Shown one piece after another: positions 28,725 to 38,103 of a DNA stretch of 64,000 bases (position 1 is its first letter; each line of letters begins with the position of its first letter). Position numbers and translations under genes: made by a program. Location of the stretch: IMG/VR virus record IMGVR_UViG_3300048854_000106, positions 187 to 64,186 of that record; one strand, given 5' to 3'. This stretch comes from a virus. Taxonomy: Duplodnaviria; Caudoviricetes. The notes under the pieces were generated by a model. That model was not told where the DNA came from. It saw only the letters and a program-made list of their open reading frames with translations, and ran no database searches.

Positions 28725-30293
28725 CTATGCCTCAGTTTCAACGAATACCCTACGAAAACCGGCGTTTTGCAAACCCGCGACGTCTTCCTCGTCGACTTCG
28801 AAATTGCCGGCTTTCGTCAACAGGTATTGCCTACCGCTGATACCGAATGCTTGATTTATACCTTGTGGACCTTGAAGAGAAACAACAGCACCAGGTAGTG
28901 CCTTGTCTGCAGTGACTCCTTTGAGCCTTTCTGTGACTGCCTTGCTCTCTGCTCGCATATAGTCCATAAGACCTTCGTAGCTGATCGCGCCTACCATCAA
29001 CTCGGTGAAACCCCACACCATGGCATCGAGGCGATCGGGCGAGTAACCCATATTGCCATCGGGCGTGAACTCGCACATCTGATCTTCCAAATTCGGAAAG
29101 CTACCGACGTGATGTATCTTGCCTTGCTCATACAACTGACTGACCGGCTCAGCCCGGATGTACTTGCCGCGAGTTGCGTGAACTGCCTTTAGTGGCACGA
29201 AGTCAGCGGTCCGTTCATTAGTCTCCTTGAGATGTCGCGCTGCACCGCGCAACACAGCTGCAACCATCTCGCCACCTTGGTTGGCTTCGTATACGAGAAG
29301 ATCAGCTTCCCATTCATCAAAGACTTGAACAGCAACCTTGCCCCATTCTTCAGGCGATCCCATCATCGATACGTCTTCGAGGACATAGCCGTGACCGCGC
29401 TGATCAATACCAGTAACCATGATGCCGCACTCAGCTGCATTCTCGCCTTGCGATGCCGGCGGATCGACGCTGACCACAATTCGACGGAAGTCAGGCAGAG
29501 TAATCGGGGTGAGCGGATCGACCGGCTTGATACGAGCACGATCGATGATGTCACGGTTCCACAGGGCGCCGGGCGTATCATCCAGCAGCTCAGCTTCAAG
29601 TTCCTGTCGACCGATACGAGTATTCTCATACTTCTCGATCACCGCCTTCTTGAAGGGCGTTGCGAGGTTGGCCAGGTTATCTCGAGTCGATCCCTTTGTG
29701 ATATACGTGTCGGTACGAAGGATGATATCCTTTAGCAGCTTCTGTGGTCGCGGCGTCGTTGTGACGATCTGACGAGGATGCTCGCCGAGACGAAGGCCAA
29801 ACTGAAGGTTATCCCAAGCTTCAGTTGCGTACCTCCACTTACAAAGCTCGTCGAGCCATGCACCATCGAACTGCGGTCCGCGGAGTGAGTCGTAGTCCTC
29901 TGCCGAGAAGAGCGTTGCGACAGCACCGTTAGGCCAAGTGAGGCGACGCTTTGAAGGTTCGTACTTGGGCTTGAAGTCGCGTGGTGAGCAAGCAAGGATA
30001 CCACTCTCACCCTCGACCATAACGTCGCGCGCATCTGCCGAGTCCTCCGCAACAAGCGCGATACGCTTGCACGTTCCCTCGCGCACCCACTTGATAACTG
30101 TCTCCGCACCGGTACGAGTCTTACCAAAACCGCGACCGGCGAGGATCAGCCACGTCGTCCAAACCTGACCGTTTTCCATGACCGACGGCGGCTCGAGCTG
30201 GTTGGGCCTGGCCCACAGTTCCCACGTGTGCAGCAGGTCATCGGCTTCTTCGTCAGATAGGTCTTGCAGCTTTTCGAGATCGAGTGACTTCAT
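28725..30293 (-). CDS. terL: Terminase large subunit with C-terminal extra domain
   Basis: LAGRGFGKTR Walker A, WLDELCKW Walker B, VSVDPP and SPDRLDAMVW nuclease motifs; start placed at ATG 30293. Confidence 0.9.
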   Translation of the reverse strand: MKSLDLEKLQDLSDEEADDLLHTWELWARPNQLEPPSVMENGQVWTTWLILAGRGFGKTRTGAETVIKWVREGTCKRIALVAEDSADARDVMVEGESGILACSPRDFKPKYEPSKRRLTWPNGAVATLFSAEDYDSLRGPQFDGAWLDELCKWRYATEAWDNLQFGLRLGEHPRQIVTTTPRPQKLLKDIILRTDTYITKGSTRDNLANLATPFKKAVIEKYENTRIGRQELEAELLDDTPGALWNRDIIDRARIKPVDPLTPITLPDFRRIVVSVDPPASQGENAAECGIMVTGIDQRGHGYVLEDVSMMGSPEEWGKVAVQVFDEWEADLLVYEANQGGEMVAAVLRGAARHLKETNERTADFVPLKAVHATRGKYIRAEPVSQLYEQGKIHHVGSFPNLEDQMCEFTPDGNMGYSPDRLDAMVWGFTELMVGAISYEGLMDYMRAESKAVTERLKGVTADKALPGAVVSLQGPQGINQAFGISGRQYLLTKAGNFEVDEEDVAGLQNAGFRRVFVETEA

Positions 30294-30318
30294 ATCCTCG
30301 ATGCGAAGGTTCCGACCG

Positions 30319-30864
30319 TCAGCGTGACTTAACTTTTCCTCGATCGCGGCGTCCCCGAGTGATGCCTGCAGCGGGGGCTTGGAGCGCCTTCGTTTCGCCT
30401 CCGCCTTTGCTTTCTTCTTCGCCTGCTTCTTCCTTAATTTCTTCAATAGCTTGTTGGGAAGCGGCTTGAAGGCGAGCAAGGCGATTGAGGAGTTTTGCTT
30501 TACTACCTTCGACATTGATATTTCCTGTCAGCTCAAGGCGACTGCCACGGTCAAACTTCTCAGGGCGACGCGCCTTGAGCATCATCATCATAAGCGGGTC
30601 AGACTTCTCGAGGGCGCGTTGAGTCGCGGTGTCCTCGATATAGTCGGTGCCGGTCTCGATTGCCTCGTCCCAGTCTTTGGCGAAGTCTTCATCGCTGTTG
30701 CGCCACGACTTGAAGAACTGTGTGGTAGCACCGGCGGCATCGGCAGCCCGAGAGATCGACATACCAACCTCGAGCATATCGAGGAAAGCCTTCCGTCGTT
30801 TGAAAGTTCGGACGTGTCGAGACATCAGCGGTTGCGTCCTGTTTTCAATCAAGATAAAATGCAC
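30319..30864 (-). CDS. terS: Terminase small subunit
   Basis: N-terminal HTH, FAKDWDEAIE...DPLMMMMLKARRPEKF pattern, directly upstream of TerL; likely ATG 30825. Confidence 0.75.
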   Translation of the reverse strand: MHFILIENRTQPLMSRHVRTFKRRKAFLDMLEVGMSISRAADAAGATTQFFKSWRNSDEDFAKDWDEAIETGTDYIEDTATQRALEKSDPLMMMMLKARRPEKFDRGSRLELTGNINVEGSKAKLLNRLARLQAASQQAIEEIKEEAGEEESKGGGETKALQAPAAGITRGRRDRGKVKSR

Positions 30865-30886
30865 ACTTCACAAATAGGAGGCGCGC

Positions 30887-31654
30887 ATGGCTCGTTCAAA
30901 ATCACATGATCCTGATGAAGAGGTTGTGAAGCATACAGGCAAGCTGCCTCGAGCCTATTCTCCTCACGTCGGAGGCAATCGCTACGTGGTCTATTGCCAC
31001 AGGCATGATAAGGAGAGCACTATCGTCGGTGCGATCGTCTGGTCGTTCAACGAGGTTTATGCAGTCAAATGGATGCTCAATCTCCTTATCGGTCCTAATG
31101 GGTCCTATGATGAACGCGAGGATTTCGGCGGGCGACGTGCGATCGTCACTGATACCGACATCGTTATCTCGATGTTCGAGAGCCAACATGATCTCTATGA
31201 GATTGCCAAGCATCGCCTCGACCTGTCACCACTCCAACAGTCCTGGTCGGATGACTCCCTGCAGAAGAATATCATGAGGTTTAAGTATGGACGACTCGCC
31301 GACGAAACGACCCCCACAAATAGCAGTGATAGCCCACAGTCACCTGAGGTCGTCAGACTTCACGGAGACCCGCCGCCTACTAAACGAGGCAAGGCTCGAC
31401 GCGACGATAATAGCGGTGGACGAGTACGAGAAGTTCGAGAAAAGCCAGATCGAAAGCCTAAACCTGATGGACTTATCTCCGCCGGAGACTTGGCTGCCGG
31501 ACTTGGAGTTGAAGCGCGAATATTCCGAGGAGCTTTACGTGCCCTCAAATTCGAGAAGCCGGCGCACGGCTGGGCCTGGTCGCCGAAAGAAGCCGAAAGC
31601 ATTAAGGCACAGGTGAAGAAGGAACTCGACGGTGGTAAGAAAAAGAAAAGCTGA
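30887..31654 (+). CDS. Hypothetical protein with C-terminal HTH-like domain (paralog of 51375..51956)
   Basis: GGAGG RBS; alignable by eye along its length to 51375..51956. Confidence 0.7.
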   Translation: MARSKSHDPDEEVVKHTGKLPRAYSPHVGGNRYVVYCHRHDKESTIVGAIVWSFNEVYAVKWMLNLLIGPNGSYDEREDFGGRRAIVTDTDIVISMFESQHDLYEIAKHRLDLSPLQQSWSDDSLQKNIMRFKYGRLADETTPTNSSDSPQSPEVVRLHGDPPPTKRGKARRDDNSGGRVREVREKPDRKPKPDGLISAGDLAAGLGVEARIFRGALRALKFEKPAHGWAWSPKEAESIKAQVKKELDGGKKKKS

Positions 31655-32138
31655 CCCGCGACAGCATGAGCTCGACATCGACATCGACTTGGTGCCGAGC
31701 GGGCCTGTAGCGGAGGGCGAGTTTCGTAGTCGAACGAAGCTCGTCGATTATCTCTACGCGGGAAAGGCGGTCATTACCATTCAGTCGAGGAAGACCGCTC
31801 AACACTTCACCTATCGCGTTCAGCGGATACCGAACAGCGACGTCTTCACCGTGGCCTATCGAGGACCGAGCATGGGATGGTTTTATCTCGCCTCGATCTT
31901 CGAAAGGTCGCGGTTCGTCATGACTCGTAAGTCTCCACAGGCAATGAGGCTTCATCCAGCTTTCGAGGCGTTCAAGTTCTTTCATGATTGGCTGTCGATC
32001 GGTAAGTTCCATAAGGACTTGCGAGTCTGGCATCACGGCAAGTGCGGTGCGTGCGGTCGCAACCTGACCGATCCTCTGTCGCTCAAAGAAGGTATTGGTC
32101 CTGAATGCAGAGTTAAGCGGTTGCGTGTGGATGTCTAA
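31632..32138 (+). CDS. DUF6011-like Zn-binding protein
   Basis: C-terminal GKCGACGRNLTDPLSLKEGIGPEC. Confidence 0.7.
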   Translation: MVRKRKADPRQHELDIDIDLVPSGPVAEGEFRSRTKLVDYLYAGKAVITIQSRKTAQHFTYRVQRIPNSDVFTVAYRGPSMGWFYLASIFERSRFVMTRKSPQAMRLHPAFEAFKFFHDWLSIGKFHKDLRVWHHGKCGACGRNLTDPLSLKEGIGPECRVKRLRVDV

Positions 32139-32155
32139 CGTGCGATGATACCTGC

Positions 32156-32686
32156 ATGAACATTCACGCTTCCTCACCGAACCCGCGCAAATGCGCTCGA
32201 GCACTTGACGACGTGCGTCTTCGCAAGATGGTGCTCGAGACTGCTCAGATGCTTTGCACTGTCCTCAACCTTCGTGCTGGCGAACAGGTCACGCCCTATC
32301 GCAACAGTCACGCAACCAACAAGCTCGTACTGTGGGCAAGCAAACGTCGCAACTATCATTGGCTATGGAGATACGGCTTTGAGCTCGGCGAAGAATACCA
32401 CAGACGATTTGGGAAAGCGCACGCATCCTTCCTCGTCATCCAGAATCTTGTACCATTCTGGGGACGGCAACCACCCGGCGAACCTCGATCCTTCTGTAAC
32501 GCCGCTAGTTCGTCGAGTTTGGGTCTTAACTTCTTGTATGAAGACAACGTTCACAAGGCATATCGAGCTTATATGACAACTCGTTGGGTGATTGACTCCA
32601 CAGTGCCTAAAGCGAAGTCGAAGAAGATTGTTCCGCCGAAGTGGACAGCCTGTCATCCGCCAAAATGGGCGAAGGTAGCACGATGA
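32156..32686 (+). CDS. Pyrimidine-dimer DNA glycosylase (DenV/Pyr_excise)-like protein
   Basis: MNIHAS..P..CA..L.D..L.KMVLETAQML, NYHWL...EEY.RRFGK.H pattern. Confidence 0.7.
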   Translation: MNIHASSPNPRKCARALDDVRLRKMVLETAQMLCTVLNLRAGEQVTPYRNSHATNKLVLWASKRRNYHWLWRYGFELGEEYHRRFGKAHASFLVIQNLVPFWGRQPPGEPRSFCNAASSSSLGLNFLYEDNVHKAYRAYMTTRWVIDSTVPKAKSKKIVPPKWTACHPPKWAKVAR

Positions 32687-32724
32687 CTACCCCCGCCCAT
32701 CCTGATACTCAGCGCGAAGCTAAG

Positions 32725-33255
32725 TTAGATACGAGTACCGGACTTCGAGGAGTTGTCCGTACCGATCGAGTCGACGTGACCGGCCGCATCCATCTGCACG
32801 CCCGCCATCGCGGCATTGAGCGTGCCCGGAGGAGCGAACGCCACCTTGCCTGCATCGTTGCGAACGGTGCCGTCAACGTGAGGACCCGTGGCAGCGCCGG
32901 CGATCTTGAGGCCGTAAGCCGTCGAAGGATCACGACGCTCTTCGTCGTAGACCTCGCGCAGCTCATTCTCGTCCTCGACCTTGCCTTCATCGTCGAGCAG
33001 ACCTTCGACCGCAGCCTGGGTCTCGATCGGTGTGACTCTCTCCACAGGCAATTCGGTGGAGGCGACATGGCGATCCGCGGTTTCACTGGCCGACTCCTCG
33101 GTGACGGTGAGAGGCTCCTGCGGATTGGCAGCCGGAGTCTCGACCTGGGACGTCGACTCGTCGGCGGCTTTCACCTCCTCGGGGGTCGGCTTATCCTTGT
33201 CCACGTTGGACTGGTTCGCTTTCGCGTTCGTCTTGTCCGTATTGAAGGTACCCAT
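32725..33255 (-). CDS. Acidic, largely disordered hypothetical protein
   Basis: AAGGAG RBS, own promoter, high-expression codon bias. Confidence 0.65.
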   Translation of the reverse strand: MGTFNTDKTNAKANQSNVDKDKPTPEEVKAADESTSQVETPAANPQEPLTVTEESASETADRHVASTELPVERVTPIETQAAVEGLLDDEGKVEDENELREVYDEERRDPSTAYGLKIAGAATGPHVDGTVRNDAGKVAFAPPGTLNAAMAGVQMDAAGHVDSIGTDNSSKSGTRI

Positions 33256-33317
33256 ATTCATCTCCTTGCAAGGTTCCCTCGGGATCATCAACGCGCGTTA
33301 TCCCGGAAGGTTCCCAT

Positions 33318-33346
33318 AATATGCCATAACGTAGTGCCAGTGTCAA
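33318..33346 (-). promoter_or_regulatory. sigma70-type promoter
   Basis: TTGACA-N17-CATATT with extended TG. Confidence 0.5.
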
Positions 33347-33356
33347 AGGAGCCGGT

Positions 33357-33578
33357 ATGCCGCGGAAGAACCTCGAAGAGAAAACGCCAAAAGGTGGATG
33401 GCTCGGTCCACCGGGCGTCGGACATATACCGCCCAGTCATGTTGCCGTCGGCAGCAAAAAAGGTACCGGCTTTAGCTGGAAGCTTTCACCTCTAACAGCC
33501 AAGCAGGAGAAGAAACGGAAGAAGTTCTTCAAGCGAATGAAGCAAGCGGACAATGAAGGTAAGTGGTCGTGGGATTGA
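33357..33578 (+). CDS. Small basic hypothetical protein
   Basis: GGAG RBS, 73-aa ORF at the start of a coupled plus-strand run. Confidence 0.5.
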   Translation: MPRKNLEEKTPKGGWLGPPGVGHIPPSHVAVGSKKGTGFSWKLSPLTAKQEKKRKKFFKRMKQADNEGKWSWD

Positions 33579-33859
33579 GGCTGAAGTTCGACAGCGATCG
33601 CTTTCGCTTTGAGGTTAACACGTTGCTTGCCATCGGTGGGCTCGGTGCTTACACAAGGTTAGAGAAAGATACGGGCTTACCCCGGAACACTCTGCATCGT
33701 ATTCTTCGAGAACATGGCAGGATCAATCAGATTGACGCGGTCATGACCATGTGCGATTATCTGTGTCTATCCATTTACGACTATATGGAGTATTACGATG
33801 GAACTGATCGGTTGGGACGTTGGAGTGATACTGACCACCAATACGCGTTGGGTCTTTGA
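33563..33859 (+). CDS. XRE/Cro-like HTH protein
   Basis: YTRLEKDTGLPRNTLHRIL...IDAVMTMCDYL pattern. Confidence 0.6.
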   Translation: MVVGLRLKFDSDRFRFEVNTLLAIGGLGAYTRLEKDTGLPRNTLHRILREHGRINQIDAVMTMCDYLCLSIYDYMEYYDGTDRLGRWSDTDHQYALGL

Positions 33860-34262
33860 AGACCAAGTCAAGATGCATCCTGGTTCCTTGGCTTACTATG
33901 AGCATCACAAGGATTGGCATGCCAAGGGGAACAAGGGCGGTCACGTCTGCGACAACCAGGATCATGCCATGGAGTTCGCGCAGGAAATGCTGCGGGACTG
34001 GTTTCAGTCGGACAAGGACAAGGTCTGCGACTTCTTCAACAAGGTTGCCGCGCTTGACATCAAGGTCCCACAGGTCACCGATATCCGCCGCGTCCTAATG
34101 CACATGGGTTTCACCGCTGAGGACGAAGCTCGCATCAAAGGATTGGCCAATGCTTCAGCGACGTCAGGGGTCAAAGACCTGATCGATGCGTTTAAGGCTG
34201 CGGGCTGGGATGTTGAGGTCGAGAGTATTAATCTCGACGACTTCCTGAAAGGCAAGCGTTAA
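33798..34262 (+). CDS. Hypothetical protein
   Basis: 154-aa ORF with GGAG RBS and biased codons. Confidence 0.6.
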   Translation: MELIGWDVGVILTTNTRWVFEDQVKMHPGSLAYYEHHKDWHAKGNKGGHVCDNQDHAMEFAQEMLRDWFQSDKDKVCDFFNKVAALDIKVPQVTDIRRVLMHMGFTAEDEARIKGLANASATSGVKDLIDAFKAAGWDVEVESINLDDFLKGKR

Positions 34263-34265
34263 TTA

Positions 34266-34329
34266 TTAGGTGGATCGAGCGTTGTCGTCAAGAGGCGTAT
34301 AGCAAAGCGATATACCTCGATCCACCTAA
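34266..34329. repeat. 14-bp perfect inverted repeat between convergent genes
   Basis: TTAGGTGGATCGAG (34266-34279) / CTCGATCCACCTAA (34316-34329). Confidence 0.8.
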
Positions 34330-34799
34330 ATCGTTGTGCGTAGCCGCTTGATCTCGGTTACCGCATCTTCCAAAGCGTTGACCATCTCTTCCTGTGTGCG
34401 ACCGTTGCGCTCAAGGACATGGATCAACAGCATAACCTGATCCCGCAGTGCGCGGTTCGAGTCAGTGTTCTCACGCAGCGACTGGTTGTCCTGCAACACC
34501 GCGCCAGCAACCTGGATATCACTGCCTTCGGCTTTGATATGACCTTCATGCTTGCGCTTCGACTTGCCTTCACCCTTGAACCAGCCGTACATGCCGGTGA
34601 TTACGGCTACAAGGCCGACGCCAACCGCCGACCCGACAGTGTGCCAATCTATGGTGGACGAGTCAGCCGTGATTTGTAAGGCTGTAGACATTGGATTTAT
34701 CCGACAAGCCATACTGCTTGAGCTTGGCTGCGAGCCTCTTGTTTGCTGAGGCCTCCGCCGCGTCGGACATTGCTCGGCTGAGTGAGAACAGGTCAGCAA
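34326..34799 (-). CDS. Membrane protein (one TM plus coiled coil), holin/antiholin-like
   Basis: VGSAVGVGLVAVITGMYGWF TM then helical tail; true start probably near MSTALQ (~34691). Confidence 0.55.
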   Translation of the reverse strand: MLTCSHSAEQCPTRRRPQQTRGSQPSSSSMACRINPMSTALQITADSSTIDWHTVGSAVGVGLVAVITGMYGWFKGEGKSKRKHEGHIKAEGSDIQVAGAVLQDNQSLRENTDSNRALRDQVMLLIHVLERNGRTQEEMVNALEDAVTEIKRLRTTI

Positions 34800-35214
34800 G
34801 CAACATCACGGGATAGACGGCAACTCCCGTATTCCAACCTGTATGGAACACTCCCAGGGAAACGCAGAACCACACACCTGCAGAAAGGAAAGCTGTGATG
34901 GCGCGTATCCAGGGAGTTAATCCCCAACGGCCATTGATGAAGAGTGCGGTGAGACGAATGAAGCCAGCTGTGAAGACGCATAGTCCCCAGTATTGCTGAT
35001 CACCCATGGCAATGAAGCCTTTGAACAGGTCAGCTTTACGAGGATCGGTAAACATGCCGGGGTGCAGAAGCACGTACTGTCCCCAGTTGATCAGGTAGAT
35101 ACCCCCGAACCATTCCAGGGATCGCGCAGCGAAGTGCGCCTTCATATCAACCCACATGCTCATCCAACTATCCTTCACGTCACCCTGCCCATACCCCCAA
35201 TCATTGAGGCTCAT
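34663..35214 (-). CDS. Multi-pass membrane protein
   Basis: Three to four hydrophobic segments. Confidence 0.6.
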   Translation of the reverse strand: MSLNDWGYGQGDVKDSWMSMWVDMKAHFAARSLEWFGGIYLINWGQYVLLHPGMFTDPRKADLFKGFIAMGDQQYWGLCVFTAGFIRLTALFINGRWGLTPWIRAITAFLSAGVWFCVSLGVFHTGWNTGVAVYPVMLLADLFSLSRAMSDAAEASANKRLAAKLKQYGLSDKSNVYSLTNHG

Positions 35215-35251
35215 TTATACCTCACAGGGATTGAAGAGGAATATATGGTGA

Positions 35252-35281
35252 TTGACGCCCGCATTTCCCGCATGATATAAC
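35252..35281 (+). promoter_or_regulatory. sigma70-type promoter
   Basis: TTGACG-N18-TATAAC with extended TG, upstream of 35291. Confidence 0.6.
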
Positions 35282-35290
35282 AGATGAGAT

Positions 35291-35653
35291 ATGAATGACG
35301 GGAACATAACGATGGCACGAACCTGGTTTGGGTTGAACAAGGTCTGCGAGGAAATGTGTGAGTTGGGCGTTGAGCTCAACAAGTTGCAAGTGTTTCCCAC
35401 AGGCAAGCATCCTGGGCGCAAACGCAACCTCGTCGTTTCGACTGAAGAAGAGTGCGCCGATGTCCTCGCTGCTGTCGAATTCTTCATCGAACGCAACGCC
35501 CTCGACCGAAAGAAGATCGAGCGACGCAAGAAAATGAAGTTCAAGAAGTTCTGTGGGTGGTGGGGATCACCTAAATCCGCCGTCGTCGCAATGCCACCAA
35601 AACAGAAACCGCTGAAGAAGCAGCCGAAGAAGGTGCGTAAAGATGCTGCATAA
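35291..35653 (+). CDS. Hypothetical basic protein
   Basis: ORF directly after a promoter. Confidence 0.55.
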   Translation: MNDGNITMARTWFGLNKVCEEMCELGVELNKLQVFPTGKHPGRKRNLVVSTEEECADVLAAVEFFIERNALDRKKIERRKKMKFKKFCGWWGSPKSAVVAMPPKQKPLKKQPKKVRKDAA

Positions 35654-35900
35654 CGCGGTGATCGAGTCAAAGATCCGTCAGCACAACACCCACGTCGAGA
35701 CCATGCTACGCGACTGCCTTAGCCGCTGGGTTAGCGAGCTCGAGCCTTGTATGGTCTACAAAGGATTAAAGTTTAAGGGCCTCGGTTTAGCCGATCGAAT
35801 TGATGGTAAGGCCAAGGTGTACGTGAAGGCACGCAAATTGGGTCCTTCAGGTCATTTCATGACGTTGCGCGCATCGAACATCGATGACGACGACGAATAA
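35643..35900 (+). CDS. Hypothetical protein
   Basis: Coupled to the upstream ORF. Confidence 0.5.
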   Translation: MLHNAVIESKIRQHNTHVETMLRDCLSRWVSELEPCMVYKGLKFKGLGLADRIDGKAKVYVKARKLGPSGHFMTLRASNIDDDDE

Positions 35901-35914
35901 ACGCCTGCGGCGCT

Positions 35915-36349
35915 CTAGGATCGACGAATTTGCGCCATTTGATGTCTTCGCAATGCGTCGATTGACGCGCGATCGATCGTTTCAGGAAAATAACGCGACA
36001 GACGCACGATCAGAGGCGCGACAAGCGTGCTGTAGGTGTGCGCGTCAGGTTTGACGCACAATCGCGACACATCATACTCGAACAACGTCTGAGAGTACCT
36101 CCACAACGCCAGATATGTGATGTAGGTATCGGGTATAGGACGCAGATCACTGAGCAATCGAAACGATAGCTCGAATGCAACCTCGGGGTCAGCAATCAAG
36201 GTACCCTTAGCCCAAAGGTTCTTGTCCCATTCCTCGGACACTTTCGCAATGCCGATAAGCTTCGCCGTCGTCGGGCGCATACCCGATCGAACTCGTTGCT
36301 GCATTGTGATGCCGTCGGCCATGTCCGCAAGCGAAGTATACTTCTGCAC
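35915..36349 (-). CDS. Hypothetical protein
   Basis: Abuts the upstream minus-strand ORF. Confidence 0.55.
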   Translation of the reverse strand: MQKYTSLADMADGITMQQRVRSGMRPTTAKLIGIAKVSEEWDKNLWAKGTLIADPEVAFELSFRLLSDLRPIPDTYITYLALWRYSQTLFEYDVSRLCVKPDAHTYSTLVAPLIVRLSRYFPETIDRASIDALRRHQMAQIRRS

Positions 36350-36730
36350 TTAGACCTCCACAGAAGGGATATCGCCTTTGTCGTCACGCATATCTTCGAG
36401 CGTGACAACGTGAGACGCCAAGGTCGCGACATCGTAGGTCGTATAAGGCTGACCTTTGAGAATACGATCAGCCAATGCCTTCGCAGTGGAATATCCGCGA
36501 CGATTAAGGGGGACCGACATGATCACAAGCTCTGCCCGGCGACTCGCATCTTCGGGAATTGCCGGATCAGCGTGTATCGCCTCGACCATACCCGCAGCTG
36601 TGGTCAAGTGTCGGAAGTCGAACTCGCGCAGTCGTCGTGCCGCTTCCGCTACGAAGGGAGCAACATCCTCTGACAGATGCAACTCCCCAAGCTTCGCAGC
36701 TAACTGCGCGTCAGTCAGTGTCCGTGGCAT
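36350..36730 (-). CDS. Hypothetical protein
   Basis: GAGGA RBS, coupled series. Confidence 0.6.
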   Translation of the reverse strand: MPRTLTDAQLAAKLGELHLSEDVAPFVAEAARRLREFDFRHLTTAAGMVEAIHADPAIPEDASRRAELVIMSVPLNRRGYSTAKALADRILKGQPYTTYDVATLASHVVTLEDMRDDKGDIPSVEV

Positions 36731-36737
36731 ATCATCC

Positions 36738-37206
36738 TCACGTTGCTTCTAGGCGAAACTCGTCGAACCACCCACTGTAAACGCCCCCGTTATGAAACCA
36801 CTCAACCTGATACATCAGACCCTGAGCCTTAATGCTGATCGCGGTGATTACACCACAGGCATCAGCCATTCCGTCGAGCTGCACATTATCGCCGATCGCG
36901 TGCGCCAGGTCAACGCTTGCGGCGCCGACGAGGTTTTCGACTGTTACCCGGCGTGACTTCGACGACTTCGAAGATACTGTCATCTCGTAATTCCTTTCGA
37001 GCTCCCTCGAGCTCATAGAGTGTGAAGAAATGATCTCGGCGTGAGCGCTGGGCGAAGCCATATAGACGTCGTATAACAGGTCCGTCAGCGAAGGCTCGAG
37101 ATATAGCTGGTGAGAATCCTGCCAAGCCCGGGAGGTATCCAGCGACCGGACCAGAGGCGCCCGTATAGGGGAGAACGATTGACGCTCGCCATGGGTAGTC
37201 ATTCCA
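36738..37206 (-). CDS. Hypothetical protein (frame/start ambiguous)
   Basis: Two overlapping long frames downstream of the 37237-37265 promoter. Confidence 0.3.
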
Positions 37207-37236
37207 GTCGGCGGACAGGACGCCACTCTTAAAGGG

Positions 37237-37265
37237 ATTGTACGCCTTAGCCCAAGAAGTGTCAA
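37237..37265 (-). promoter_or_regulatory. sigma70-type promoter
   Basis: TTGACA-N17-TACAAT. Confidence 0.7.
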
Positions 37266-37279
37266 GAGCCTCTGCAACA

Positions 37280-37621
37280 TCAGTTCGGCTTCTGATCTTG
37301 CGTACCCGGGAAGTGGATCGCGGTGACCGCTTCGCTGAGGCCGTGGGCCGGGATGATCTTGGCACAAAGGGTACTCCGATAAGGATCAGTCCAAGGAGCG
37401 TGGTATTCTCCCATCAAAGGAATGACGTTCGGGTCAGCCACTTCCTGCCAATCGAACGCAAACTGTATCCCACAGTCCGAGCAATAGACTGACACCTCGA
37501 AGACGAACGCATCGATCTTGCGTTTGTCCTCAGGAAGGCTTAGCTGATCGGCTTTGTGGACTCGATCCGTCCGCCCGTTGATCTGGAAGCTCATGTGCGG
37601 ACAGGTTTTCGGCTCGAGCAT
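37280..37621 (-). CDS. Hypothetical protein (Cys-containing)
   Basis: TAATG coupling; TCPH and YCSDCG motifs. Confidence 0.6.
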   Translation of the reverse strand: MLEPKTCPHMSFQINGRTDRVHKADQLSLPEDKRKIDAFVFEVSVYCSDCGIQFAFDWQEVADPNVIPLMGEYHAPWTDPYRSTLCAKIIPAHGLSEAVTAIHFPGTQDQKPN

Positions 37622-37887
37622 TAGTCGAGTCCTGTCTCGGGCTGAGCTTCACGAACCTTCCTCGCCATGAATTCGAAAGCACGGGCAAGGGCTTCCCGAC
37701 GGTTCTTTGATTTCGGCAACCAGAAAGTTACCGCGCTGCGATCGTCATCTCCCGACGGCGGATGATGAAGCATCGGCGAACTGTGGAGCATCAGCTGAAC
37801 CGCTGAATAGATCAAGCCGGTGTTACTTTCCTTCTCGATCAAGTGAACTTCAGTGGTCAGCTCTTGACTGTAGACGTTGATCCGCAT
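37621..37887 (-). CDS. Hypothetical protein
   Basis: GGAGG RBS, coupled series. Confidence 0.6.
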   Translation of the reverse strand: MRINVYSQELTTEVHLIEKESNTGLIYSAVQLMLHSSPMLHHPPSGDDDRSAVTFWLPKSKNRREALARAFEFMARKVREAQPETGLD

Positions 37888-38103
37888 TCATTCCTCCAGC
37901 GAGTCGGGGAATATCTTCATGGTCGAGTACAGATTACCATGAACTCCCAAGGTGGCGTTGAACTCATTGGCACACTTATCCGAGTGAGTCTTGTCGGTGA
38001 AGAACGCAATCACCGTTGCCTCCCTACCCTGTCCAAGCACGAGTGCGTACTTGAATGGATAAGGCATGCGAGGCTTGCCAACAAAGACTGGAGCAAGACT
38101 CAC
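37888..38103 (-). CDS. Hypothetical protein
   Basis: Coupled series. Confidence 0.5.
   Translation of the reverse strand: MSLAPVFVGKPRMPYPFKYALVLGQGREATVIAFFTDKTHSDKCANEFNATLGVHGNLYSTMKIFPDSLEE

Noticed and set aside
30294-30515. N-terminal extension of TerL
   Set aside because: Overlaps terS in another frame and is low-complexity basic sequence; ATG 30293 is the more plausible start
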